Source: Escherichia coli
GTDB lineage: Bacteria; Pseudomonadota; Gammaproteobacteria; Enterobacterales; Enterobacteriaceae
Length of the DNA stretch: 64,000 bases
Assembly (NCBI RefSeq): GCF_022846255.1
Contig: NZ_AP025682.1
Reading direction: 5' to 3' (one strand)
Shown here: positions 38,329 through 52,686 of the stretch, one piece after another
Layout of the letters: every line of letters starts with the position of its first letter
Position numbering within the stretch: position 1 is the first letter of the stretch
The notes under the pieces: model-generated
Seen by the model: only the letters and a program-made list of their open reading frames with translations
The model's database searches: none
What the model was told of the DNA's origin: nothing
Program-made: the position numbers and the translations under genes

Positions 38329-39132
38329 ATGAACGCATTATTAACCAATCCCTTTAAAGAACGTTTACGCAAGGGCGAAGTGCAAATTGGTCTGTGGTTA
38401 AGCTCAACGACTGCCTATATGGCAGAAATTGCCGCCACTTCCGGTTATGACTGGTTGCTGATTGACGGGGAGCATGCGCCAAACACCATTCAGGATCTTT
38501 ATCACCAGCTACAGGCGGTAGCGCCCTATGCCAGCCACCCCGTGATCCGTCCGGTGGAAGGCAGTAAGCCGCTGATTAAACAAGTCCTGGATATTGGCGC
38601 GCAAACTCTACTGATCCCAATGGTCGATACTGCCGATCAGGCACGTCAGGTGGTGTCTGCCACGCGCTATCCTCCCTACGGTGAGCGTGGTGTTGGGGCC
38701 AGTGTGGCACGGGCTGCGCGCTGGGGACGCATTGAGAATTACATGGCGCAAGTCAACGATTCGCTTTGTCTGTTGGTGCAGGTGGAAAGTAAAACGGCAC
38801 TGGATAACCTGGACGAAATCCTCGATGTTGAAGGGATTGATGGCGTGTTTATTGGACCTGCGGATCTTTCTGCGTCGTTGGGCTACCCGGATAACGCCGG
38901 GCACCCGGAAGTGCAGCGAATTATTGAAACCAGCATTCGGCGGATCCGTGCTGCGGGTAAAGCGGCTGGTTTTCTGGCTGTGGCTCCTGATATGGCGCAG
39001 CAATGCCTGGCGTGGGGAGCGAACTTTGTCGCTGTTGGCGTTGACACGATGCTCTACAGCGATGCCCTGGATCAACGACTGGCGATGTTTAAATCAGGCA
39101 AAAATGGGCCACGCGTAAAAGGTAGTTATTGA
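38329..39132 (+). CDS. rhmA: 2-keto-3-deoxy-L-rhamnonate aldolase (HpcH/HpaI family)
   Basis: 267 aa ORF; cluster context. Confidence 0.88.
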   Translation: MNALLTNPFKERLRKGEVQIGLWLSSTTAYMAEIAATSGYDWLLIDGEHAPNTIQDLYHQLQAVAPYASHPVIRPVEGSKPLIKQVLDIGAQTLLIPMVDTADQARQVVSATRYPPYGERGVGASVARAARWGRIENYMAQVNDSLCLLVQVESKTALDNLDEILDVEGIDGVFIGPADLSASLGYPDNAGHPEVQRIIETSIRRIRAAGKAAGFLAVAPDMAQQCLAWGANFVAVGVDTMLYSDALDQRLAMFKSGKNGPRVKGSY

Positions 39133-39172
39133 TATCAAAGGCCCATGGGGATCGGCTGTGGGCCTGTGTTAA

Positions 39173-39346
39173 TTAGTGGTTATTCGCTGCCAGATCGGCT
39201 TCGCTTAGCTGAGTGGCCGCGAGCACCTGATCACGATCAATGCCCTGCTCCAGCATGCGCAAAGCAATTTTAATGGCTTGTTCATGCATGCCTTCCTGCC
39301 AGCCAATTTGATGTCCTTCCTGCCGTAGCCGTTCAGCAATAGTCAT
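39173..39346 (-). CDS. ypaA: ypaA: free-standing 57-codon ORF that duplicates the C-terminal tail of RpnE/YfaD (annotated as a pseudogene fragment in K-12, as I recall)
   Basis: 39173..39358 is a direct repeat of the yfaD 3' end (39359..39601 minus the WQEGKLEG repeat); retains AAAAGGAGAG Shine-Dalgarno and ATG at 39346; below the size cutoff of the ORF track. Confidence 0.6.
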   Translation of the reverse strand: MTIAERLRQEGHQIGWQEGMHEQAIKIALRMLEQGIDRDQVLAATQLSEADLAANNH

Positions 39347-39358
39347 TAATCTCTCCTT

Positions 39359-40318
39359 TTAATGACCGTTCGGAATATCAGCATCAGTGAGTTGGGTTGT
39401 CGCCAGCACAATCTCACGTTCAAAGCCCTGTTCCAGCATGCGCAAGGCAATTTTAATGGCTTGTTCATGCATACCTTCTACTTTGCCTTTCTGCAAACCC
39501 TCCAATTTCCCCTCCTGCCAGCCTTCTAATTTACCTTCCTGCCAGCCAATTTGATGTCCTTCCTGCCGCAGCCGTTCAGCAATAGTCATTAATCTCTCCT
39601 TTTGTAGTGGTGAACGTTCGGCAATCTCCTCAATAAAACGGGTGAAACGGGAGGTATCGCCGCATTGCAGCAGATAATTAAACAGCGTTTGTAGCTGGCT
39701 GTCATTAGTGAAGCCTCTAACCAAAAGCGTGGTAATCCTGTCGACCATACCGATTAAATCGCGGTCGCGAATATGCTTTTGAATCAGTTCCAGCAGAGCT
39801 ATACGCCGATGTTGCATGATCTCATCGTCAGGTACGATGGTGATATCCACCAACGGAAAAGCTTCGGTGTACAACTGCCGGGCAAGTTGCGGATCGTCAA
39901 ACTCATCCAGCCAGTTGAGTGAGTACGGGTAGGGCGAGGTTTCGCCATGATAAAACAGCAATGGTACCACCAGCGGAACTCTGTCATAGCCTTTATCCAG
40001 GTGACGTTGCATGGCGGCAGTGGCATAGCGCATTAGTCGAAAAGCCATATTCTTTTCTGCAGAACTTTGATGTTCAATCACGCAGTAGATATAGCCGTCA
40101 CCGTCGCTGGTTTCCACCGACCACAAAACATCCGAGTAGTAAGCGCGTAAACTTTTTTCAATAAAGCTGGTGGGTTCCAGGCGTAAGGTTTGCAGGTTGC
40201 AAAGCTTGCGCAGCGGCTCTGGCAGATGTATTTCGAGAAAATCTCGCGCCGTATCGGGCGAGAACATAAAGGTTTTAAATACCGCATCATGCGGGGAGGA
40301 GGTTGTTGATTCGGTCAT
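39359..40318 (-). CDS. yfaD: Rpn-family recombination-promoting nuclease (YhgA-like, PD-(D/E)XK) RpnE/YfaD
   Basis: 319 aa [25 protein letters not shown]...; C-terminal WQEGKLEG tandem repeat; start may be a downstream Met. Confidence 0.85.
   Translation of the reverse strand: MTESTTSSPHDAVFKTFMFSPDTARDFLEIHLPEPLRKLCNLQTLRLEPTSFIEKSLRAYYSDVLWSVETSDGDGYIYCVIEHQSSAEKNMAFRLMRYATAAMQRHLDKGYDRVPLVVPLLFYHGETSPYPYSLNWLDEFDDPQLARQLYTEAFPLVDITIVPDDEIMQHRRIALLELIQKHIRDRDLIGMVDRITTLLVRGFTNDSQLQTLFNYLLQCGDTSRFTRFIEEIAERSPLQKERLMTIAERLRQEGHQIGWQEGKLEGWQEGKLEGLQKGKVEGMHEQAIKIALRMLEQGFEREIVLATTQLTDADIPNGH
39489..39560 (-). repeat. Intragenic tandem repeat in rpnE encoding [16 protein letters not shown]
   Basis: repeated cctgccagcc / ttcctgccagcc units on the + strand. 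Confidence 0.7.
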
Positions 40319-40511
40319 GGTTGTCCGTCACCTGATGTTTATGATGACGCGACATTACGGTTATCCCAGGCCTTTGACATCTGCCAGTTTCAGCCTTTGC
40401 GAGACGTTTTCAGAGGAATTTTCACTGCGTTGCAACGTATACATTGAGCGCGGAATCGTGGACGCAAAAATGCCCGGTAACAACATGCTTACCGGGCATC
40501 AGATGGGAGTT

Positions 40512-44576
<4,065 letters not shown>

Positions 44577-44672
44577 TGTTATCCCTCTGAAGTTCGTTTT
44601 TTACCATTTAGCCATAGTAAAAACATGAATTGTTTGATTTCGCGCATATTCGCTCATAATTCGAAAGTGAAA

Positions 44673-44738
44673 CGTGATTTCATGCGTCATTTTGAACATT
44701 CTGTAAATCTTATTTAATAATGTGTGCGGTAATTCACA
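44673..44738. promoter_or_regulatory. CRP-like sites in the glpACB/glpTQ divergent control region
   Basis: TGTGCggtaatTCACA at 44723..44738 is a near-consensus CRP site; weaker cGTGAtttcatgCGTCA at 44673..44689. Confidence 0.5.
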
Positions 44739-44848
44739 TTTAATTTCTGAATGTTTTCTTAACATCGCGGCAACTCAAGAAACGGCAGGTTCTCCCACTG
44801 AATCAGGCTGTTAATCATAAATAAGACCACGGGCCACGGAGGCTTTCA

Positions 44849-46207
44849 ATGTTGAGTATTTTTAAACCAGCGCCACACAAAGCGCGCTTACCTGCCGCGG
44901 AGATCGATCCGACTTATCGTCGATTGCGCTGGCAAATTTTCCTGGGGATATTCTTTGGCTATGCTGCTTACTATTTGGTTCGTAAGAACTTTGCGCTTGC
45001 TATGCCTTACCTGGTCGAGCAGGGATTCTCACGCGGTGATTTAGGTTTCGCGCTTTCTGGGATCTCGATCGCTTATGGATTTTCGAAATTCATCATGGGC
45101 TCGGTGTCGGATCGCTCGAATCCGCGCGTTTTCCTGCCCGCAGGTTTGATTCTGGCGGCGGCAGTGATGTTGTTTATGGGCTTTGTGCCGTGGGCGACGT
45201 CGAGCATTGCGGTGATGTTTGTACTGTTGTTCCTCTGCGGTTGGTTCCAGGGGATGGGGTGGCCGCCGTGTGGTCGTACTATGGTGCACTGGTGGTCGCA
45301 GAAAGAACGTGGCGGCATTGTGTCAGTGTGGAACTGTGCGCACAACGTCGGTGGTGGTATTCCGCCGCTGCTGTTCCTGCTGGGGATGGCCTGGTTCAAT
45401 GACTGGCACGCGGCGCTCTATATGCCCGCTTTCTGCGCCATTCTGGTGGCACTGTTCGCCTTTGCGATGATGCGCGATACCCCGCAATCTTGTGGCCTGC
45501 CGCCGATCGAAGAGTACAAAAATGATTATCCGGACGACTATAACGAAAAAGCGGAACAGGAACTGACTGCGAAGCAAATCTTCATGCAGTACGTGCTGCC
45601 GAACAAATTGCTGTGGTACATCGCTATCGCCAACGTGTTCGTTTATCTGCTGCGTTACGGCATCCTCGACTGGTCACCGACTTATCTGAAAGAGGTGAAA
45701 CACTTCGCGCTGGATAAATCCTCCTGGGCCTACTTCTTCTATGAGTATGCGGGCATTCCGGGCACCCTGCTGTGCGGCTGGATGTCGGATAAAGTCTTCC
45801 GTGGCAACCGTGGGGCCACCGGCGTCTTCTTTATGACACTGGTGACCATCGCGACTATCGTTTACTGGATGAACCCGGCAGGTAACCCAACCGTAGATAT
45901 GATTTGTATGATTGTTATCGGCTTCCTGATCTACGGCCCTGTGATGCTGATCGGTCTGCATGCGCTGGAACTGGCACCGAAAAAAGCGGCAGGTACGGCA
46001 GCGGGCTTTACCGGGCTGTTTGGTTACCTCGGCGGTTCGGTGGCGGCGAGCGCGATTGTTGGCTACACCGTGGACTTCTTCGGCTGGGATGGCGGCTTTA
46101 TGGTAATGATTGGCGGCAGCATTCTCGCGGTTATCTTGTTGATTGTTGTGATGATTGGCGAAAAACGTCGCCATCAGGAATTACTGCAAAAACGCAACGG
46201 AGGCTAA
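44849..46207 (+). CDS. glpT: Glycerol-3-phosphate:phosphate antiporter (MFS)
   Basis: 452 aa polytopic ORF; divergent from glpA. Confidence 0.92.
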   Translation: MLSIFKPAPHKARLPAAEIDPTYRRLRWQIFLGIFFGYAAYYLVRKNFALAMPYLVEQGFSRGDLGFALSGISIAYGFSKFIMGSVSDRSNPRVFLPAGLILAAAVMLFMGFVPWATSSIAVMFVLLFLCGWFQGMGWPPCGRTMVHWWSQKERGGIVSVWNCAHNVGGGIPPLLFLLGMAWFNDWHAALYMPAFCAILVALFAFAMMRDTPQSCGLPPIEEYKNDYPDDYNEKAEQELTAKQIFMQYVLPNKLLWYIAIANVFVYLLRYGILDWSPTYLKEVKHFALDKSSWAYFFYEYAGIPGTLLCGWMSDKVFRGNRGATGVFFMTLVTIATIVYWMNPAGNPTVDMICMIVIGFLIYGPVMLIGLHALELAPKKAAGTAAGFTGLFGYLGGSVAASAIVGYTVDFFGWDGGFMVMIGGSILAVILLIVVMIGEKRRHQELLQKRNGG

Positions 46208-46211
46208 TGGC

Positions 46212-47288
46212 ATGAAATTGACGCTGAAAAACCTTAGCATGGCGATCATGATGAGCACTATGGTCATGGGAAGTAGTGCAATGGCGGCGGACAGCAACGA
46301 AAAAATAGTCATCGCCCATCGCGGTGCCAGTGGATATTTGCCGGAGCATACGCTGCCAGCAAAAGCGATGGCTTATGCGCAGGGAGCGGATTATCTGGAA
46401 CAGGATTTGGTGATGACGAAGGACGACCATCTGGTTGTCCTGCATGACCATTATCTCGATCGTGTTACTGATGTTGCCGATCGTTTCCCGGATCGGGCGC
46501 GCAAAGACGGTCGTTACTACGCGATAGATTTCACGCTCGATGAAATTAAGTCACTGAAATTTACCGAAGGTTTCGATATTGAAAACGGTAAGAAAGTACA
46601 GACTTATCCGGGGCGTTTCCCGATGGGTAAATCTGACTTCCGGGTACACACTTTCGAAGAAGAGATTGAATTTGTTCAGGGGTTAAATCACTCTACCGGG
46701 AAAAATATCGGTATCTATCCAGAAATTAAAGCGCCGTGGTTCCATCATCAGGAAGGGAAGGATATTGCGGCAAAAACGCTGGAAGTGCTGAAGAAATATG
46801 GTTACACCGGTAAGGACGACAAAGTTTATTTGCAATGTTTTGATGCTGATGAGCTGAAGCGTATTAAGAATGTGCTGGAACCCAAAATGGGTATGGATCT
46901 CAATCTGGTACAGCTGATTGCCTATACCGACTGGAATGAAACGCAGCAGAAACAGCCGGACGGAAGCTGGGTTAATTACAACTACGACTGGATGTTTAAG
47001 CCGGGGGCCATGAAACAGGTGGCGGAATATGCTGATGGTATTGGTCCGGATTACCATATGTTGATTGAGGAGACATCGCAGCCGGGTAATATCAAACTCA
47101 CTGGCATGGTGCAAGATGCTCAGCAGAACAAGCTGGTAGTGCATCCTTATACCGTGCGGTCAGATAAACTGCCTGAATACACTACTGATGTGAATCAGTT
47201 ATATGATGCTCTGTATAACAAAGCGGGTGTAAATGGGCTATTTACTGATTTCCCTGATAAGGCAGTAAAATTCCTTAATAAAGAGTAA
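46212..47288 (+). CDS. glpQ: Periplasmic glycerophosphodiester phosphodiesterase
   Basis: ORF 46155..47288; ATG at 46212 with GGAGG Shine-Dalgarno gives 358 aa with signal peptide (MKLTLKNLSMAIMMSTMVMGSSAMA). Confidence 0.9.
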   Translation: MKLTLKNLSMAIMMSTMVMGSSAMAADSNEKIVIAHRGASGYLPEHTLPAKAMAYAQGADYLEQDLVMTKDDHLVVLHDHYLDRVTDVADRFPDRARKDGRYYAIDFTLDEIKSLKFTEGFDIENGKKVQTYPGRFPMGKSDFRVHTFEEEIEFVQGLNHSTGKNIGIYPEIKAPWFHHQEGKDIAAKTLEVLKKYGYTGKDDKVYLQCFDADELKRIKNVLEPKMGMDLNLVQLIAYTDWNETQQKQPDGSWVNYNYDWMFKPGAMKQVAEYADGIGPDYHMLIEETSQPGNIKLTGMVQDAQQNKLVVHPYTVRSDKLPEYTTDVNQLYDALYNKAGVNGLFTDFPDKAVKFLNKE

Positions 47289-47490
47289 ATTAACTACCGG
47301 ATGGCACTTATGTGCTATCCGATACCACTCTTCATTAAAGTCTGTGGGTTATCCTTAATTGCAATTATTTTGAGCGAGATGACTTGTTCCCGGCATAAGA
47401 TACTCGTCAATACAACACGTATTATTAAGATTTTCCTCAGCTAAACATCTATAGTCATTGTCGTTAATAAAAAACGACAGGCGATAGGGT

Positions 47491-48141
47491 ATGGCAGTTT
47501 CAGCAAAGCACGACGAATTTAATCACTGGTGGGCAACAGAGGGCGACTGGGTTGAAGAGCCTAACTATCGCCGTAATGGTATGAGCGGGGTGCAATGCGT
47601 CGAGCGCAACGGCAAAAAGCTGTATGTAAAGCGCATGACGCATCATCTGTTTCATTCCGTACGTTATCCGTTCGGCCGACCAACGATTGTCCGTGAGGTT
47701 GCGGTAATTAAAGAACTGGAACGGGCCGGTGTCATCGTGCCGAAGATCGTTTTTGGTGAAGCGGTGAAAATTGAGGGTGAATGGCGCGCGTTGCTGGTGA
47801 CTGAAGATATGGCGGGGTTCATCAGCATTGCTGACTGGTATGCCCGGCATGCAGTATCGCCTTATTCTGACGAAGTACGGCAAGCCATGTTGAAAGCAGT
47901 GGCGCTGGCGTTTAAGAAAATGCATAGCGTTAATCGTCAGCATGGCTGTTGTTATGTTCGCCATATCTATGTGAAAACAGAAGGTAAGGCAGAAGCTGGA
48001 TTTCTTGACCTGGAGAAAAGTCGTCGCCGCTTGCGTCGTGATAAAGCGATTAATCATGACTTCCGCCAGCTGGAAAAATATCTGGAGCCGATCCCCAAAG
48101 CGGACTGGGAGCAGGTGAAAGCATATTACTACGCTATGTAA
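47491..48141 (+). CDS. inaA: InaA, acid-inducible putative lipopolysaccharide kinase-family protein
   Basis: 216 aa ORF MAVSAKHDEFNHWWATEGDW... Confidence 0.82.
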   Translation: MAVSAKHDEFNHWWATEGDWVEEPNYRRNGMSGVQCVERNGKKLYVKRMTHHLFHSVRYPFGRPTIVREVAVIKELERAGVIVPKIVFGEAVKIEGEWRALLVTEDMAGFISIADWYARHAVSPYSDEVRQAMLKAVALAFKKMHSVNRQHGCCYVRHIYVKTEGKAEAGFLDLEKSRRRLRRDKAINHDFRQLEKYLEPIPKADWEQVKAYYYAM

Positions 48142-48145
48142 TCGT

Positions 48146-48183
48146 TGTAGGCCAGATAAGACGTATAAGCGTCGTATCTGGCG
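48146..48183. repeat. REP-like element between inaA and yfaE
   Basis: tgtaggccagataagacgtataagcgtcgtatctggcg, degenerate REP palindrome. Confidence 0.55.
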
Positions 48184-48194
48184 TTAAAACCAAT

Positions 48195-48449
48195 TCACAT
48201 CTCGATTTCAATATCGCCTTTTGCCCGGCAACAACAGGGCAAAATTTCCCCCGGCTGAATAAAAGCTAACGGTTCGGCAATCCAGTCCACCTGGCCTGCG
48301 ACCAGTCGGGTGCGACAGGAGCCGCAGTAACCTTCGCGGCACTGGTACTCAACCGCCACATTGTGGGATTCCAGCGCCGCCAGAAGGGAAGGGTGTTCAT
48401 CCTGGCACAGCAGTTGTGTGCCAGTAATGCGCAGGGTAACGCGGGCCAT
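48195..48449 (-). CDS. yfaE: 2Fe-2S ferredoxin YfaE (NrdB diferric-tyrosyl radical cofactor maintenance)
   Basis: 84 aa ORF with Cys motif CREGYCGSC...C; immediately downstream of nrdB. Confidence 0.88.
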   Translation of the reverse strand: MARVTLRITGTQLLCQDEHPSLLAALESHNVAVEYQCREGYCGSCRTRLVAGQVDWIAEPLAFIQPGEILPCCCRAKGDIEIEM

Positions 48450-49579
48450 CAGAGCTGGAAGTTACTCAAATCGTCGGTGTCCACTTCCGCGTCAATCTGC
48501 CCGACCAGATAAGAACTGACTTCCACTTCCTGCGGAGCAACCTGCACGTTATCAGACACCAGCCAGGTGTTGATCCACGGGATCGGGTTGGAACGCGTCT
48601 GGAACGGCAGATCCAAACCGACTGCCTGCATACGGATATTGGTGATGTATTCAACGTACTGGCAGAGGATGTCTTTATTCAGACCAATCATCGAACCATC
48701 ACGGAACAGATAATCCGCCCAGTCTTTCTCTTGCTGTGCCGCCTGGACAAACAGGTCATAGCACTCCTGCTTACATTCTTCGGCAATTTCCGCCATCTCC
48801 GGATCATCCGCGCCGCTGCGCAGCAGATTCAGCATATGCTGGGTGCCGGTCAGGTGCAGGGCTTCGTCACGGGCAATCAGGCGAATAATCTTGGCGTTGC
48901 CTTCCATCAATTCGCGTTCTGCAAAGGCAAAGGAACAAGCAAAGCTGACGTAGAAACGAATCGCTTCCAGCGCGTTAACGCTCATCAGGCAGAGATACAG
49001 TTTTTTCTTCAGCTCGCGCAGGCTGACGGTCACGGTTTTACCGTTGACGGTGTGGGTGCCTTCGCCCAGCAAATGCCAGTAGCTGGTCATCTCGATCAGT
49101 TCATCGTAATAGCGGGAAATGCCTTCTGCGCGTTTCTGGATCTGCTCGTTAGTGACGATATCGTCAAACACAACCGACGGATCGTTAACGATATTACGAA
49201 TGATATGAGTATAGGAACGGGAATGAATCGTTTCTGAGAACGCCCAGGTTTCTACCCAGGTTTCCAGTTCCGGGATCGAGATCAGCGGCAGCAGTGCCAC
49301 GTTCGGACTGCGACCCTGAATGGAATCCAGCAGCGTCTGATATTTCAGGTTGCTGATAAAGATGTGTTTTTCGTGTTCAGGCAGTGCCTGGTAATCGATA
49401 CGGTCGCGGGAGACGTCAACTTCTTCCGGACGCCAGAAGAAAGAGAGCTGCTTTTCGATCAGCTTTTCGAAGATGTCATATTTTTGCTGATCGTAGCGAG
49501 CCACGTTGACCGGCTGACCAAAGAACATCGGTTCTTTGAGCTGATCATTTTTCGTCTGTGAAAAGGTGGTATATGCCAT
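48449..49579 (-). CDS. nrdB: Ribonucleoside-diphosphate reductase 1 beta subunit
   Basis: ORF 48449..49723; ATG at 49579 gives [14 protein letters not shown]..., 376 aa. Confidence 0.92.
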   Translation of the reverse strand: MAYTTFSQTKNDQLKEPMFFGQPVNVARYDQQKYDIFEKLIEKQLSFFWRPEEVDVSRDRIDYQALPEHEKHIFISNLKYQTLLDSIQGRSPNVALLPLISIPELETWVETWAFSETIHSRSYTHIIRNIVNDPSVVFDDIVTNEQIQKRAEGISRYYDELIEMTSYWHLLGEGTHTVNGKTVTVSLRELKKKLYLCLMSVNALEAIRFYVSFACSFAFAERELMEGNAKIIRLIARDEALHLTGTQHMLNLLRSGADDPEMAEIAEECKQECYDLFVQAAQQEKDWADYLFRDGSMIGLNKDILCQYVEYITNIRMQAVGLDLPFQTRSNPIPWINTWLVSDNVQVAPQEVEVSSYLVGQIDAEVDTDDLSNFQL

Positions 49580-49602
49580 GAATGTGTCCTGTTGGGAGTT
49601 TA

Positions 49603-49716
49603 ATGCCGGATAAGGCATTTTACGCCGCATCCTGTGCCTGATGCGACGCTGGCGCATCTTATCAGGCCTACAAAACCGAGCCGTAGGCCGGATAAGGCGT
49701 TCACGCCGCATCCTGC
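49603..49716. repeat. BIME/REP cluster within the nrdA-nrdB intercistronic spacer
   Basis: two or more gccggataaggc...gcatc palindromic units in opposite orientations. Confidence 0.75.
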
Positions 49717-49725
49717 ATCTCAATA

Positions 49726-52011
49726 TCAGATCTTACATGCGCCGCTTTCGCAGCCATCGTCCTGGATTGACGGCACCAGATCGTCTTGTGCGTCTTCAGC
49801 ACCGTCACGGGTGTTCTGATAATACAGCGTTTTGACCCCGAATTTGTAGGCGGTGAGCAGGTCTTTCAGCAGTTGCTGCATCGGCACTTTTCCTGACGGG
49901 AAGCGTGACGGATCGTAGTTGGTGTTAGCAGAGATCGACTGATCGATAAATTTCTGCATGATACCCACCAGTTGCAGGTAGCCATCGTTACCCGGCATTT
50001 CCCACAGCAGTTCATAGGCGTCGTGCAGATGCTCGTAGTCCGGCACCACCTGGCGCAGAATACCGTCTTTCGACGCTTTGATGCTGACGTAACCACGCGG
50101 CGGTTCAATACCGTTAGTGGCGTTAGAGATCTGCGAAGAGGTCTCGGACGGCATCAGGGCAGAAAGCGTGGAGTTACGCAGGCCGTGCGTTTTGATTGAC
50201 TCACGCAGTGCTTCCCAGTCGTAATGCAGCGGCTCATTAGCGATGGCATCCAGATCTTTCTTATAGGTATCGATCGGCAGGATCCCTTTCGCGTAAGTGG
50301 TTTCGTTAAACCACGGGCACGCCCCTTGCTCTTTCGCCAGCTCATTAGACGCTTTCAGCAGGTAATACTGAATGGCTTCGAAGGTTTTATGCGTCAGGTT
50401 GTTGGCGCTGCCGTCGGAGTAGCGTTTACCATGCTTCGCCAGGTAGTAAGCGAAGTTGATCACACCAATACCCAGCGTACGACGACCCATCGCTCCACGT
50501 TTGGCGGCCGGGATCGGGTAATCCTGATAATCCAGCAGCGCGTCGAGTGCGCGTACTGCCAGAATTGCCAGCTCTTCCAGTTCATCCAGGCTGTTAATTG
50601 CGCCCAGGTTGAAAGCAGACAGCGTACACAGCGCGATTTCACCGTTCTCGTCGTTGACGTCGTTCAGCGGTTTGGTCGGCAGGGCGATTTCCAGGCACAG
50701 GTTAGACTGGCGCACTGGCGCGATGGCCGGATCAAACGGGCTATGGGTATTGCAGTGGTCAACGTTCTGAATATAGATACGACCGGTAGATGCACGTTCC
50801 TGCATCATCAGCGAGAACAGCTCAACGGCTTTCACACGCTGCTTGCGGATGCTGTCGTCTTTCTCATATTTGGTGTACAGGCGTTCAAACTCTTCCTGAT
50901 CGGCGAAGAACGCGTCGTACAGCCCCGGTACGTCGGACGGGCTGAATAGGGTGATATCTTCACCTTTCAGCAGACGGGTATACATCAGTTTGTTGATTTG
51001 TACCCCGTAGTCCATATGACGCACGCGGTTGCCTTCCACCCCACGGTTGTTTTTCAACACCAGCAGGCTTTCCACTTCCAGATGCCACATCGGGTAGAAC
51101 AGTGTTGCCGCACCGCCACGCACACCGCCCTGAGAGCAGGATTTCACCGCTGTCTGGAAATGTTTGTAGAACGGAATACAACCGGTATGGAACGCTTCGC
51201 CACCGCGAATCGGGCTACCCAGCGCACGAATACGCCCGGCGTTGATGCCGATCCCGGCACGCTGGGAAACGTATTTAACAATCGCGCTGGAGGTGGCGTT
51301 AATGGAATCCAGGCTGTCGCCGCACTCGATCAGCACGCATGAGCTGAACTGACGAGTCGGGGTACGCACGCCGGACATGATTGGCGTCGGCAGCGAAATT
51401 TTAAATGTGGAAACCGCGTCGTAAAAACGCTTCACGTATTGCAGGCGCGTTTCACGCGGGTAGTTCGAGAACAGGCACGCGGCAACCAGAATATAAAGGA
51501 ACTGGGCGCTTTCGTAGATTTCGCCGGTCACGCGGTTCTGTACCAGATATTTGCCTTCCAGCTGCTTAACGGCAGCATAAGAGAAGGTCATATCACGGTC
51601 GTGATCGATAAACGTGTCCATCTGCTTGAACTCTTCTTCCGTGTAGTCTTCCAGCAGATGATTATCGTATTTGCCCATCTCGACCATTTTCACCACATGG
51701 TCGTACAGTGCAGGCGGCTCAAACTGACCGTAGGCTTTTTTACGCAGGTGGAAGATCGCCAGACGTGCGGCGAGATACTGATAATCCGGCGCATCACGGG
51801 AGATCAGGTCTGCGGCAGCCTTGATAATGGTTTCGTGGATGTCAGAGGTCTTGATACCGTCATAAAACTGAATGTGGGAGCGCAGCTCGACCTGGGAAAT
51901 CGAAACGTTATGCAGTCCTTCTGCCGCCCAATCCAGAACGCGATGGATTTTGTCGAGATTGATGCGCTCTGTGCTACCGTCGCGCTTTGTCACCAGCAGA
52001 TTCTGATTCAT
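49726..52011 (-). CDS. nrdA: Ribonucleoside-diphosphate reductase 1 alpha subunit
   Basis: 761 aa [29 protein letters not shown]..., ATP-cone N-terminus. Confidence 0.93.
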   Translation of the reverse strand: MNQNLLVTKRDGSTERINLDKIHRVLDWAAEGLHNVSISQVELRSHIQFYDGIKTSDIHETIIKAAADLISRDAPDYQYLAARLAIFHLRKKAYGQFEPPALYDHVVKMVEMGKYDNHLLEDYTEEEFKQMDTFIDHDRDMTFSYAAVKQLEGKYLVQNRVTGEIYESAQFLYILVAACLFSNYPRETRLQYVKRFYDAVSTFKISLPTPIMSGVRTPTRQFSSCVLIECGDSLDSINATSSAIVKYVSQRAGIGINAGRIRALGSPIRGGEAFHTGCIPFYKHFQTAVKSCSQGGVRGGAATLFYPMWHLEVESLLVLKNNRGVEGNRVRHMDYGVQINKLMYTRLLKGEDITLFSPSDVPGLYDAFFADQEEFERLYTKYEKDDSIRKQRVKAVELFSLMMQERASTGRIYIQNVDHCNTHSPFDPAIAPVRQSNLCLEIALPTKPLNDVNDENGEIALCTLSAFNLGAINSLDELEELAILAVRALDALLDYQDYPIPAAKRGAMGRRTLGIGVINFAYYLAKHGKRYSDGSANNLTHKTFEAIQYYLLKASNELAKEQGACPWFNETTYAKGILPIDTYKKDLDAIANEPLHYDWEALRESIKTHGLRNSTLSALMPSETSSQISNATNGIEPPRGYVSIKASKDGILRQVVPDYEHLHDAYELLWEMPGNDGYLQLVGIMQKFIDQSISANTNYDPSRFPSGKVPMQQLLKDLLTAYKFGVKTLYYQNTRDGAEDAQDDLVPSIQDDGCESGACKI

Positions 52012-52074
52012 GTATGTCGTACCTGTTTTTCAATAGCTTCATGCAGACTACCTGTAGTGAGGGAAGCTGCTAAG

Positions 52075-52120
52075 AACACTATATATAGGGGGTATGTTTG
52101 GGATTCACTGCAAGATAGTG
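52075..52120 (-). promoter_or_regulatory. Candidate tandem NrdR boxes in the nrdA promoter
   Basis: two 16-bp imperfect palindromes acactatatatagggg and cactgcaagatagtgt, 64-110 bp upstream of the nrdA ATG. Confidence 0.45.
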
Positions 52121-52152
52121 TGAAACTGGCCCTCTTGCAAGTGCATAACTTT

Positions 52153-52161
52153 GTGGATAAC
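52153..52161 (-). promoter_or_regulatory. DnaA box upstream of nrdA
   Basis: + strand tgtggataa = reverse complement TTATCCACA, exact 9-mer consensus. Confidence 0.6.
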
Positions 52162-52686
52162 TCAGGAAGGAAAAAGTGGCTTCCGCGCACCTTAGGTCAG
52201 ACAAGGTGTCCGGGAAAGTCAATGGGAAGAGAAAAATTTGTTAAAAATAACCGTTCGGTGAATTCTTGAACGGTAAAATAGGATAGGTAAATTGATATAG
52301 ATGGTTTATTAATCTTGTTGCTAATGATTGCCAAAATTGATCTAGGCACAAGTCGTCACATAATCTGATGTATCAGTTGTGGTCAATATATAAGCGAGTG
52401 TAAGCGATTGTTGAGTCGGAAATGGTTGTTTTATATTCGGTTATTGTTAAATACTAAGCCAATTTGTTACTTTTGTATTTATTATAAGAATATTATTTAT
52501 TGCTTTAATTCAGTTTAAATATAACCGATTTACCTTAAAGTTATTAATTTGAATTGTGATGCATCTAAATTAATTATCAGATAATAACAAAATAGTTATT
52601 ACATCAGGGGCAGAATTTACAAAAGAAAAATACCCTATATCGCATAATGCGATTAAATACGCCATCTTATAGAAAATGATGGTTAG

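Noticed and set aside
39286-39601. Possible CRISPR array or mobile-element terminal repeats suggested by the direct repeats here and in yfaL (55456..55551)
   Set aside because: The repeats are a segmental duplication of a coding 3' end (ypaA/yfaD) and intragenic codon-level tandem repeats; there are no regularly spaced repeat-spacer units, no cas genes, no transposase and no inverted terminal repeats.
47289-47490. Possible MarA/SoxS/Rob box upstream of inaA
   Set aside because: I looked for the AYnGCACnnWnnRYYAAAYn pattern around the GCAC motifs (for example 47300..47320) and found only partial matches; not reported as a feature.
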